DNA of 64,000 nucleotides from Iphione sp. A-MEVVRFRX5 (Eukaryota): NCBI GenBank assembly GCA_976226885.1, contig OZ320313.1, positions 66,154,001 to 66,218,000 of the forward strand, read 5' to 3'. Shown piece by piece: positions 25,604 to 38,599 of this stretch (position 1 is its first letter; each line of letters starts with the position of its first letter). The notes under the pieces were generated by a model. It saw only the letters and a program-made list of their open reading frames with translations, ran no database searches and was not told where the DNA came from. The position numbers and the translations under genes were made by a program.

Positions 25604-27083
25604 ATCTCTCCCCAACCCCTCTTTCTCATAATACACTCTTGGCTATAGGCCTAGAGAGGTGGAACTCCTGTCTTTTTTTTTCTTTTTTTTTTTTTTTTTT
25701 TTGGGGGGGGGGTACCCCCTGGCTACAGGCCTGTGAAATGAAGCATTTTTCTCTGGATGGAACTTATAGCCCTTCTGGGGGGTATCGGACGATACCCCCG
25801 ATACCCCCCTGGCTACGGGCCTGCACTTGAACAGTAAGCTCGTGCGGTGATGGTTCACAGCACCATCACATTCGTCCCTGTTGATGAGGTGTGTTCACTT
25901 GAGAATCCAGATGGGCCGTATGGATCCAAAGTATTTCAAACTCTCTATTTTCAGCTGAGGAAAAGAGGTCAATGACTTTGTTCTCCTTCAATGCGAAGAC
26001 GGACAAACTGACAGTCAGCTTCCATGCCTGCGTGGAAGGCGATCGTTCCACCACACCATGCCGTCCTGTCACGGGCCACAGCCTTGAAATCCTCGACGAG
26101 GCTGGCGATGTGGTTTGTATCACTTTTTCAGTTACAATCGCTACAGCACCAAGTCAATCATTACAGGCCTGTTACGAATGGGCGTGTGGGTGGGTTCGTC
26201 CGAACCCTCGCACAGATTTAGTAATAAATGGATACAAGCGAGCTTGATTTGATAAAAAAGAACGTACACGGTTTTGATACCAGGTTAAAAGAAAGGTTTG
26301 GAACAGGTCGATACATCAAATTTCAAGAATCAGAGAATGGCACTAAAAAGTACAATGTTCTTCAGTGCAATACTGGATTGATGTTTGGCCCTTAAAACGT
26401 AGTACTTACACAGTATATGCCCCTATTAGACATCCATGCTCCATCTCTTTGTCTACCGGTATATGAATTACAGTTATCTAGCAATACTACAAGTTTGGTA
26501 ATCAATTTTTGTACCTTTCTGAGAGAAGCTGTCTCCAAGTTAGCACGAAAAAATAAACTGCCATGCATAAGGCCTTAAGAAATACATCTATCAGTGTTTC
26601 TGGTGACACGTTGAAAAAAATATAGGGTCGGTAGGCAGGTTTGTAAAAGAGGTCTCTAAACAACAAAAGGGTCTTTCCAAACCTACAACTATTACTTCCG
26701 ATGCTTGGATCTTACACCAGTTCTCTAAGGAAGAAAGTAAGATATATGCTTATGCACATAAAAACGTACATAAGGAGATGAGCGCAGTCCAGGCAGAACT
26801 ATTCTATATTCTTTTTTCTGGCAGCTTTCGAAGTCATACCTTATCTGAGGTATATTGTTTCCAGGTATACAGCAAGACTGTGAAATACCTGGATAACTAC
26901 GTTGGCCCACGTGAGTCCTTTGATCTGTCCCATGTTGTACGGCACGGTGAAAAATACACCATCAAGGCCTGCGAGATAATGGAGAAGGGTGGCCATCACA
27001 TCTTCTGCAACGAGGGTACCATCGTAGGTGGATCAGACGTGAATAATCAGTTCGGAGGAAGCGTAAGCGACACCAAATATTGA
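24728..27083 (+). CDS. Secreted prepro-protein, 168 aa, 3 coding exons (24728-24857, 25955-26112, 26865-27083)
   Basis: GT-AG introns in phase 1 and phase 0 give an open frame: MISRLTVVLLIGVVALGWA-APAADTKLEDRELLKRILSALSEQAEEKR-SMTLFSFNAKTDKLTVSFHACVEGDRSTTPCRPVTGHSLEILDEAGDVVYSKTVKYLDNYVGPRESFDLSHVVRHGEKYTIKACEIMEKGGHHIFCNEGTIVGGSDVNNQFGGSVSDTKY*. Hydrophobic signal peptide, dibasic KR sites, AATAAA at 27284. Confidence 0.88.
25459..25823. mobile_element. Intronic MITE with CAGGCCCGTAGCCAGG TIRs and a 5-bp TSD
   Basis: 16-bp perfect TIRs; CACTT at 25454-25458 and 25824-25828; internal (CT)n, poly-T and a second TIR-like copy at ~25718-25733. Confidence 0.85.
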
Positions 27084-27790
27084 TAAGCTGACACGAAGCT
27101 TTGTCGCGGAGTGCGGTCCTATACCAGAAAAAGTTTCAGTGTAACTCAACTAGGTTTTTAAGTTTTTGATGAGCAGGTCATTGTTGCAACGCGAAGTGGA
27201 ACTTTAAAATCGATACGTTCGATATTTTATCCTAGTAATTACACATGGAATGTATTGGAAAATCCTTCCATTTACGGTATTTGAATAAACATTCAAAAAC
27301 AATTGTCGAATGTTTATTTTTACTTGTAGCGTCTGATTACATTCTGTTAAACGGTGTTAATATTACCAGACAGTCATTTGGAATTAAGATACATGTATTT
27401 TCTGACCTGTGTATTGTCCATAAATCAAAGAAATTTTGTATCTCGATTTACAAGGACAGAAATTCGCCAACTCAGTGGAATATCTTTATTTACAAGTGAA
27501 ATGGGACAATAACCAATAATGAACAATTCACCTTTGGTAATATTCCCCACGTTACACGAAGACACCCTTTAACTGAGGGTACACTATAATCAATTGCATT
27601 TAGTGTATATAACAGTCACCATATGGAAAAAACTAGAGTATGCTGAATGTGCGTTTATATCCTTAAATTATCACTGTCGGGATGTGATTAAATTTCCATT
27701 TGGGCAAGGTAAGGACAACAGGTATCTGTAAAGTGAAGGAGGCTATGGTGGCAGAACAGGATGCGTAGAACAGTCTGGGCCGACAGCTAA

Positions 27791-28147
27791 GCCCCCCCCC
27801 CCCCCAAAAAAAATAGGTGTGTTTTTGGTAACCCATCCCTACCTAGTAAAACCTCACCCTACCTAAAAATGTTTTGGCCCCAAAGAGTTTCCAAGGCTGA
27901 ATTTCCTTAGATATGTTTTCACGGTATATGTTTTTTGTAAATTAGTAGAAAAACAATAAAATCCACTGATGTTCACAAAAAACTGTAAAACTCATACAGA
28001 TTGGTTAAAATTCTTGATATTGTTTTATTATTATTGAAAACCAGAGGAAGAAACTGGAAAAAAATCTAAAATAAAAAGATACCACCCCTCCTTACCTAGG
28101 TTTTTTGGCTGGTCGTTACCAGAAACACACCTATTTTCTTTTTAGCC
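27791..28147. mobile_element. PIF/Harbinger-like MITE
   Basis: Subterminal IR AATAGGTGTGTTT(T/C)TGGTAAC; TAA on both flanks (27788-27790 and 28148-28150). Confidence 0.7.
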
Positions 28148-28397
28148 TAAGGGACGTTTGGCTGTGCTGAAATTCCTGAGCGTTGGGCCATAAACAGACG
28201 GAGAGTGCAAAATACAAGGTCAGATGCAAAAAGGCCATGTATAACCTCACATACAACGTACATGTACCTGAGATACTAAAGCCTGATGAGTATACTTCTG
28301 CAATTCGATCTTGCAGTAACAGTAAAATTATTATGTATCTAGAGGAATGATAATCGCAATGATTTTTATAATGCTGTACAGTTCTTTCTGCCCAGAA

Positions 28398-31300
28398 TCA
28401 TGAGTCTGGGTCCAGTTCATCTTCACTGGAGGAACTGAAGTCTAGAACAGGGCATTGTGGCTTGTCACAGGAAAACGAACAGTCATAAGGGCAGTCATCG
28501 GTAAAGAGAGTCACCTCGTCAAATACATCCTTGGGGAACTCATCCTTGAAGCTTACATAGTTCCTGAGCTTCTTGGGTAAAGGGAGTGCGTCTACTTTAG
28601 TCAGCGCCTTCCGACCGAGGCTCTTGAAAATCACCGCTCGACACATGGCCAGAAGAGGTCGCGGGCAGCAAGCTCTTTCATGGAGGGCTTCATAGAAGCG
28701 AGCTCGCTTGTACAGGGCCAATGGAATATATCGAAAACGCAGCCAGGGCTCAGACAAGTAGCTAGGGCGGACTTCGATCAGCAGGCGCACGAGGTTCAGT
28801 AAGCCTTCACTGATGGCCTGCAGGAAGTAGGAGGGCTTCCCACCACTGTCACCGAGACGGCCTACCTTCTTCGTCTCTTCTGTGGACGGCACATTTAGGC
28901 TGCATCCCTCGTGCACCAGCGCCAAGGCGCAGTCCTCGCTGTGGTTCCCGATGGCCATCTCTAGCGGGGTCTCGCCCCAGTCGAAGCGGGCGTCTGGGTT
29001 GTAGCCGTGGCGCAGGAGGAGTCGCACCATGGCCGGATTGCGCTGCTCAATGGCTACCGTCATGGCCGTGACGCCGCGGCTTGACTTGGCGCCAATTGGG
29101 ATCTTGTTGACCAGTAGCTTCCGGGCGATGGCGTAACGACGATAGCCGACGGCGTAATGCAGCGCCGTCAGGCCATCCTCCGTACGAGCGTCCATGTCAC
29201 ACAGCGAGTTGACAAGCATATCGACGATGTCCACGTTATTAAGCTGCACAGCTCTGAAAATCAGAAGGGAAAAGTCAGTGAGAAAAAACAACAAAACACA
29301 AACGTGAAAATACTTTTCCTTCTCACGGCTGCTATTTTAGAATGGGTCATGCCAGGTCAGGCAAAGTCCAGTTCATTCGAGTTTAACGGATTTGGGTGAA
29401 CGATTGGGTGTAGCGACATTGTGAATTTCCTTGTAAGTGATAACATTATATTAAAGGATATTCGAGTCAGCATCATGACTATGGCATTTTGCACGTGTGC
29501 ATGCAGCAAGACATCACCACATAGTGCGCCAATAGAATATCTGATTGGATCTATAAAGTCGGGAATGTAAGAAAAACCATTCAATCACTCCTTCACCATT
29601 GTTCCTTTACCCATCCAGGTTGACACTTGTTGACTCCTCGTCGATATTTTAACAGAGCAGTCATCCGCCCCCCCCCCTTTGGATTTAAGGTGCGTGTATA
29701 GTATACAGTGAAGCCTCACTCCAGTGGACATCAGAGGGACTTGTCTCATTCTGCCTGCAGTAGGGGGTGTTCACAGTAGCCGAAAAGTGGAGTAAACATG
29801 TAGTAATAGGGTAGAAATATGGTAAGAAACCCCCCAAATGGAGTAAATAATATTATATAGTAGGCCTACTAGTGGTAGAAATAGAGCAAAGTAGACCGGA
29901 AATGGAGTAAACATAGAGTAATGGGTAGAAAAATGAAGCAAAATACAGTGGAACCTCTCTACTATGGACAATAAAAGGACTGACCAAAACTGTCCATAAA
30001 GAGTGGTGTCCTTTATAGCAGGAGTATTTAAACATTATTATATAGATTTGGTTCTGTTTCCAGTCTGTCCATAGTGTGGGGTGTCCTTTATATAGGGTGT
30101 CCTTAGTAGAGGAGTTCCACTGTAAACCCAAATTGGAGTAAATATGTCGTAAATGTTGCCCTAGTCCTCCCCACCTCTCCTAGCCCACCCTTGACACTGT
30201 CCTGAGGTATGATATGATTTTCCAGTGGAAAATTGGTAATTGTAATGTGAAAATCAGTGACTGTAGCATGAAAACATGGTGGCCACTTTGTATTTTTCAC
30301 TGTAAACACAGTAAACTCAGTGTTTGGGACTGTAAAATGGCTGTCCACCAGCAGGTGTCTGTTGTATGTGAGTATCCACAGTGGCGGAGAGTAACACGAG
30401 ATACAGCATTTTTGTTTTGTTCCGCAGTATTTGCGTCCGTAGTAAGAGTTCTACGCTGTACCCGGGCGGCCATTTAACAGGGTCTGGACTGTATATAAAT
30501 GTATACATGCACATGTACATATCTCAACTATTAAACTGTAAATAAGGTATGGAAAAACTATATGTACATGTAGGCCTACATTCAATGTGCAATTTGTGTA
30601 CATGTACATATAGAGTGTGTATACACAGTATCAAAACACAGAGACACGGTATGCACACTGATTTATCTGCACAATACAGGTGAGAAATCGGTCTAACTTG
30701 ATGAGCGGGCTTTCGGCTGCCGCGTTGTCGCCACTGATGCCGAGTCTCCGCAGGTTTACGTCAGCTCCAGCGTGAATGAGGGCAGCACACACCTCTGTTG
30801 AATTAGTAAGAATGGATCGGTATAGAGGAGTGCAGCCTGCAACAGAGAGCAGAAACAGTTCCAGTACACAGCATCTTTGACTGCTATGATATACATGCGT
30901 TGTCCTTTTGTGGATGATATTAGCAGTGCTTCAAGGAAGAAATGGTGAAATTGTTTTTGTATACTTAGCTTTGTTCTTATGAAAATCCCCCTGCTTTTGA
31001 ATGCGAGTACTTGTACAGGTAACTCTATTCTACGTGCACTGCATATTGACAAATGATTGTTCTGTTTTGCTTAGGGAAGTTGATTTTTTTTTTACAATCA
31101 CTCCTCAGCGTTAGGCTGCCGTATACTGGAGATGTATCATAAACATGCATAAAGTACACGTACATGTACATGCAAATCCATCTGGTGAAGTGGCTAAGCC
31201 CAATAAAAAGGCGGTATTTTTCACCCTAAAGGTATGTTAGATTCGTTGGTTCGTACGTAACTATGCTGCAGGCAAAGTACTAGGCTTTTGGTGAGAACAA

Positions 31301-32647
31301 GTCGATTTGCCTGTGGCATAAGACGTCTCGCTTGAAGAACTGGCGTGACCTAGGGCACCTAGCAAGCAAAGCCGATGTAAATGAACCATTGAATCGCCAG
31401 ATATACATAGTCTGTCCTATTTACAGCATGCAGTAGGAGATTAAATCCAAACCTGATTCTTTGTCCAAATAATTTACTTCACATTTTTGATTTTCCGTTT
31501 CAAGAAGAAGATTGGCCATTTGTTCATCTCCAAATTTGGCTGCCCACCTGGAAGGAAAATTATCAGATTTTCTTATTCTGCATTCTATTTTCACTTTTCA
31601 TAAAGTTAAGCCCTCATCAATCGACTTGCTTAGTCTATCAGGGAGACATTTTATGTAACCCGTCCTCAAAACCTATTGGGGAACTTGACGGACAATGACG
31701 TGGCAAGAGGTCGAATTCAACCAAAAAGTCTCCTAGGCTAAGTCAAATGTAAGAATTTATCAGATTTGGACTCCCAGTCAGGGAATAATTCATTTTAGTA
31801 TGTCTGTCTCTGCCTGTCTGGCTGTCTCTTTTTAATTATGTTTGTCTGTCTCTTTGTATAGGCCAACACAGGCCTATTATATAACTTATATTCATGGGTC
31901 TATACATCATATACGCCAAAGGGCAAGGATAGCCTTATCCATCAGAGTACAATGAATGTTATTCAATAAATTCCGTGACCATTGGAAAAACGTAGCGTTT
32001 TTAAAAAAAGTGTTTGCATGTGAAGAGGGTGTTGTCGTAGGTTAGTAGGGCACATGCGTATTCCGACGGGATAAATCCATACGGCTTGGCTTAGACACAC
32101 ACACTCCTGACAGCTAGTGTGCTTTCACCCAGACCATCTAACAGTTACTTACAATTTTTGTTCAGAATGTTTTTTCACAATCAGTCTTCTGTCTCATTGA
32201 CATTTCGTGATACGCACGACTTCCTAGGATTACAGGATCATTATATGTATATTAAACGTCGATTGTAGGGAAAAGCTGAACTTTCTTTTTATGCTCGTAC
32301 CAAATAGGTCGTTTCCCCTTGGTGTTCTCTAAGTTGACATCTGCGTGGCGTGGGACAGCCGTTAGAAGTGCGTCAATGACGTCGTGTTGACGGTGCTCGC
32401 ACGCAGCCAGCAGCGCCGTCGGGTGGGCGTTGTCCTCGACGTCTCGTGCATTCACGTGGACATCCTTCGTTTCTAGAAGCTGACGTACCGTCTCGACGTC
32501 ACCGTTCCGGACAGCCGTGAAGAAGACTCGCGTCTTGGGCGTGAACTCATCGACGGGAGGTTCCGGTTTGTTCTCGGCGTCGGCGCGCGCCTTCCGGCGG
32601 TCGCGCCCGCAAGGGCGAGCGGCCCGCGATCGCACTTGCCCACGCAT
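28398..32647 (-). CDS. Ankyrin repeat and SOCS box protein (ASB-like), 478 aa, 4 coding exons (32647-32301, 31547-31453, 30836-30698, 29253-28398)
   Basis: Splice phases 2/1/2 are consistent and total 1437 nt. Multiple ankyrin repeats (FFTAVRNGDVETVRQLL, TALLAAC, RPIWWAAKFG, GCTPLYRSI, GLTALHYAV, GETPLEMAI) and a SOCS box (PRPLLAMCRAVIFKSLG..VDALPLPKKLRNYV). The 5' exon is CpG-rich. Confidence 0.92.
29946..30122. mobile_element. Tc1/mariner-type MITE in an ASB intron
   Basis: TIR CAGTGGAACC.. / ..AGTTCCACTG, with TA on both sides. Confidence 0.8.
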
Positions 32648-35600
32648 CCTCTTCGGTGAAGCCTGGTAATAAAGAGTGCCACGGAATGACTTCCAACCTA
32701 AAGACACTTCGGCATTTTTGGTTCCCCGTCCTAAAAGGAGGATAAGGCTTGGGAATGTTGCTGCGCAACCCTCTATAACCTTCCCTCCACCTGTGTGAAC
32801 CTTGCGGACTAGATAACACTCTTTCTATGAAAGATAGAGATATGAAATTTGGAGGACTGATATCTCTTAGTAGGCAATTGATATAGGCCTACTAAAAATT
32901 TGATCAAGGTTGAAAAATAGAAATGTGAAACTCTTAGAAGTAATAGCCTATCATAAGTGCTTCCTAAGCAAATATCTAGTAGACTTCAGACTTATGAGGG
33001 TTTTAATGCTTTTCAGTTTTAAAGAGATGTGCGAAACCACAGATTACTCCTATAATCTGGTTATTATTCCGTAATGAGCAGTTTACGATAAAGAGAAGGG
33101 TCACCTTTTCTTGATAAGATCAAAATTACCAGAAATGTCAATATAAAAAATAGCTAAAAGTCAAAAACCAAAACACTAAAGCAACAAATGTCCAAGACAA
33201 GTTTATCTAAAGGAACTGTCGTTCGATAAGTCTGACATCCATTAACATTTTATTGATTTTTTCTTAGGCTCACCGCTCACTTGGGTGAACATCCTGTGAA
33301 CCAGTATACGGTACATTGTATCTTAATAAATAAACATATGGAGTAATGTCCTTGTTCAAGCTATCTCAAAACCGAGAAGTAGCTTCGAAAAACTCACATT
33401 GCCATTACAATTGAGGCATAGCAAGAGGAAATAAGTTGTGATCAGAGCAAAAATATTTATAAAGAATTTTACTACATAACAGCGGGGAGTCGTGGGGGTC
33501 GTCAGAATACCCCGCTCTCTCTCACTTTGAGGGCCGGTTAGCTGACTGCATGGATTCACGACTGACTGCACACAGGTAGAGGGGGTAGAGGGAACTACCT
33601 CAACAATGGCACTGAATAGCTGAGTCTCTATATCTCAAGAATGTATTAAAAATGTACAAAATTTGCCTGAAAGTCCATACAGATTTTTTCTCCCATTCGA
33701 TTAATTACCACACACACGCTCATGCGGCAGGCTAGAACAAGGGGCTAGATTTTCAATCGACATTTCTTCGTGCGGGGCATTGATTACGTCGGTTTTATTG
33801 CCGGCTTGACCACTTTCCAACACATTAGGGCTACTCTTCAAACAGAAACCGCGTCATCTGAATTTCAGTGGTTTGCGATAGGGGGAAGAGAGAACTGACG
33901 CCGACTTCAGAGTGAGGCCAGGAGACGCGCTCCAATGGTGTTGAAATACTTGTATGTACATGAACTTGATGAATTACCTTCACAGTTTCTATTAGACATT
34001 GGAAAACCATACATAAAGAATTCTGCCCTACATCTGCCATGCCTGGTGCTTCATCACCTCAGTTCTTACGGAATAGACATTGTCGATATGCTAAATGATA
34101 GGCCTACACATTTTATTTTCTCCGTTTCTCCATTTACAAGTCAATACCTGAAAACAGGAATGACCAACTTGTTTACTACGGGTCTGTCTGTACATAGCCA
34201 AATGTCACTGATGCATATATAAACATGTACACATGCTGTTCTCAAGGAGGTGACTAATAAATGCTATAATCGTCCTGAATGTTATCAAACGGATTTACCA
34301 CACTCAACATTGATCTGCTGTTGTGTCCATCAAACTGCTTAACGACAAAACAATCGTTCAATATCAACTTTTTTGCGGCTATGTGACGCCGTGCCCTTAA
34401 AATGTAACTTTGCAAAGTGATACCTGATAAAAGGAGAATGATAAATAAACTACATAACTTCTTACGTAAGGCGTGCATATAGGCTGCATTATGGTTACTT
34501 TATCGACTTCGGAAAAAAACCATGATGAAATCAACAGAGCGTGCCTACGGTTCAACAGTTTTACAGAAGGATTGTTAGAATCTTAACCACAATTAATAGA
34601 TTATAATAATTTCCTCCGTCCAATAAACAACGCGAGTGTTGTGAAACCTATTTCACAGTCATCTAGAAGTATTTCAAACCTTACCTTACATTCTACTATG
34701 TAAATTCCACACTAAATCACACATCATAAGGGAACCTCTCATATTTCTGTTTCGCAGACATTCAACCTGTGAGACTGTTATCGACAGGTTCTCTAGGGGT
34801 ATCGTACTGGTTTGTTGACAATCGCTACATATGTAAACTAGGCCTTTGTCCAGACGGAAGGAAAACAAAGCATGGTAGGGAAACTATTCGGACATTTACC
34901 TCTTTTGTGTTGTAAACAGACAGCGGACTCCGAATAGATAACGCTTGCACGTTGATGTACTTCAGGTTTCATTGCCAAGCGGCATCACGGCAGGATAAAA
35001 ATCATACCAGAGTCGGCAGGGCAGCCACAGGGTCACTTGTGTTGATGGAACAAGTCGAGACCTGTATGGCAGTCCTTTGAGAACCAAACCTGCTAGATTA
35101 ATGCTCAGTCAACATTGATCCAGGTGGAGGTATGTTAAAAGGGGCTAAATTTGGCGCTTTTCATATCCAGCAGGAAAAAAATGGTCCTATACATGTAACT
35201 AATTCGTGCATTCATCTCAGTGAAGAGAGACTGTGTCAGTATGGATAAGCATTTAATTCAAGATTTGCGTGTTTACTGATTTGAATGAAGCAAGCTCCCG
35301 TGCATTATTTTTCTACACTGAAAGCAGGATCATAAACAAAACAGGACAAAGAATTTCTGATACAAATCCATAGTTAATTCAGGCAGATCTGACGCGGTTT
35401 GGTAAGGTATATGGAATGGTAGACAGATGTTTTATCTTCATTTTCGAAGACGTCTTCGAATTACGTTTGAATATCGTCTAGGTGAAGACAACACTATTGC
35501 ATAGTTAAAACGCTTTCGACTCTGTACAAATACAAAGCAAATGACACACTATGCCCTACTGTGTCATCATGCCCGTATTTGCCGTTGGAAACTGTTTTGA

Positions 35601-36519
35601 ACATTTGGTATGCAGGGCGAAACCCTTGAGAGAATTTACCCTTTGCAAACTAAAATTCCTATCATGAGCGATAGTACATGTACCACATGTATACTAGAAA
35701 TTTTGCCTCACAAACTCCTAACCTCTCTGGGTTTTTTTTTCTGAACAGCAATGTTTCTCATAATGTACCTGCCACTTCGATAGATTTGTGTATGTTACAT
35801 ATACGCAGACAAGCATTTGTAAGAGGTAGCTAATACATATACATGTAATAATCAAACCTGTGGAGCGAAGTATGGGCCCTCTATAGGCTCTTGGGGGGGA
35901 AAATGTACTTGGCGACCTCTGCAGGCAGTTATTGTCTCGGGTGCTTCTTTTTCTTCCACGGCACCCTGCCATTAGATTCCTCCGCAGGGCCAGTTCATTT
36001 GTTCTTAAAACGTAAAGTAGCTTTCGCAGACATCGCATTCACACCTCTGCTAATCCATTTGAGCTTGGGCTGTATCATTCTTTTATCAACATTCATTTCA
36101 CTTTCATTTAGATTATTGAAGCAAACATATTACTTAATAAGCTAATAAGGGCAATCGATAATTCGAATAAGATTAAATACTCTGTCTCCCCACAGGTCCC
36201 ACTATTACTATATAAGGCACTGATTTTATTACTAAAGATAATAAAAGAATCTCACACAAGGGTCCTAAAATCATTTACAAAAGAGAAACTAACAGCAATA
36301 CCCTTCTGATTCGTAAAAAGTTACATCTCAAATAAAGAATGCAAAGTACCAAGAGGAAAAGAAAATTCTGTCTTTATTTTAAAGGGCAATCAATTACACG
36401 TACATACAAAGGTGCAGAGTTTTGGACTAAACGGGATCTTGTTTATAGAACTAATTGTGTGTGGTCAGTCACCACAAAATGGGGGCGTTGTAATGTGCAC
36501 ATATACATTTAGGTATACA

Positions 36520-36920
36520 TGCATTCACATACACTCTTCACTACACTCTACACTACACTCTAATCTCTTCACTTTTCACTACAATTTTCACTCTATACTC
36601 TTCACCATACTCTATACTCATCACTACATCCTTTCTCTCTTTCTCATGTACACAGACACACACACACACTGGTTGCCCTCTTCATTGCAAATTCTTCACT
36701 CACTCTTCATTACACTTTTCACTCTACACTACACTACATGTATTCACTTTACTCTCTTCACTACACTTCCCTCCATTCGATACTTTTCACCTACTGCACT
36801 CCATTCTGCTCTTCATTACTCTTCACTCTTCACCACACTCTACACTCAACACTACACTCGTCACTCTACATTAAACTCTACATTCTTTACTAAACTCTAC
36901 ACTCTTCTCTTCACTTCCAC
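36520..36920. repeat. CACTA/CTCTT low-complexity repeat
   Basis: Degenerate short-unit tandem array, almost G-free on the + strand. Confidence 0.85.
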
Positions 36921-38599
36921 TCTTTGTGGTGGATAGGGATGAACATGGCAGCCCTGGGATTTGTGTGGAGGGGTAAGGTGGGGGTGAACTTGGTGGCCCT
37001 GGCTGATGGGGACTGATCATGTGGCGAAGGCTAGGGGAGGTGGGTGACCGTTGTGAGCATGGAGAGCAGATGGGGCCAGAGTGCAGCGACTTGCTGTACT
37101 CCAAGCCCTCAGTAAAATTTACCTTTACACATATCAAACCAAGGTATATTTGGAGTCTTCTTCTGAAAGACTTTGATCAATCTACAGTAGTTGTAGGAGG
37201 GGTAATAAATTCTCGATGGAGGAAAATTGATTGACTCATTTGTTTGATTGAGGACTTTATTCACATCTGGTTACAAGTAACGAGAGATCTTCTGGCACAC
37301 TGTCAAAAATTGTCAGTTTATGCAGTGGTAATAAATCAACATATGTAATACAAAATGCTGAGAAGAACATTGAAAGAAAGGAAAAGTACAATGTCAAAGT
37401 AACACAATTCAACTTGGTGGACAATATATGAGTATGCCCATGGACACCTATGGAGGAGGAATGAATGAGTCCAATTGTTTTCAAGGTTGTTACTTGGTCA
37501 GGAGCTGTCATATGGTAATAGCTGTAGGTTTACTATCAAATACTGTCAATATGCCAAATAGACAGACAAAATATTGGAATATACGAAATGGACATCTCCA
37601 CACTCTCAAATAGAACAAAAAATCAACAAAAAGCATTACTTAACAGAGTGATCAAGATTGTTGTTAGGCAACATACCTAGTGTGGTTATGGATTGTCCAG
37701 CCCCTGCTTGACCTTGCTAAGGCCCGGTTTCCTTACATGCATTTGTGTGTGTTCCCTTCTGTGTGCATTTCCAGTTCATTTGTAGTGCATTTTTGGTTTC
37801 CTCTACCCTCATGCACAGGGGTGTCCTAATTCACAGTGCATGTGTGTGTGAAATGATGAAAAAGACAGAAATGATGATAAAAGCCAAAACAATCATTGAA
37901 AATGAGGGGGAAAAGGATGGAAAAAAACAAATGATGCTAAAAGCTGCAATCATTGCTCTAATAATTGCCAAAGATGAGGGGAAAAATGTGGAAAAGGACT
38001 TACATGTGCCAACATGTGCATAAATCATGTTGAAAGTGAAGAAATATGAAGAAAATAAATAAATACCAGTGTGTTGGTGTGTGTTGGTGTGCATTTGCAT
38101 GTGTGCAGAAATTATCAGGCATAGACCAATAATAAGCATCGCACATCAAAAGAACAGCAATGCACACCTGGACAGCTACACTCAAAAGACACCCCGTTAG
38201 AATCAACATGACTGCTAAAACTGCACAGAGTTGCGCATCACCACACATGCACATCACTGCAAGTATGGAAACCAGACCTAATACATATCATTCCTTTGCC
38301 TGGAGCTGGCAGGACATTTCATATTTTCACACTGTTATACCAGAAGCATTTTTGGCATTTGCTCAATTTTGTTTGGTACAAGGGAATGGTAGGCCCAAGA
38401 CTCCTTATGTTATTCTTTCGTTCTTAGACATAGATTTAAGTGTACAAGTTTGTGTTTGAGTAGGACACCCTGTTTCCCTTCCCTAGCCTTGATAATACTG
38501 ATATGTACATAGTTGTTGTGTCAGCATTTCTGCTGGTTTTTGACTGTTTCTTGAGCACCACCCTTTTCAACAAGTTGTTATTATCCATTTGCAGACTAG

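Noticed and set aside
32648-32707. ORF-track start of the ASB-like gene at 32707
   Set aside because: That codon is GTG; the first ATG is at 32647, which I used.
35718-36038. ORF, plus a CDVCESYF finger-like fragment in another frame
   Set aside because: Interrupted by stops, with no completing His residues or coherent splice path.
36412-36936. 174-aa H/T/L/F-rich ORF
   Set aside because: Translation of a low-complexity repeat.
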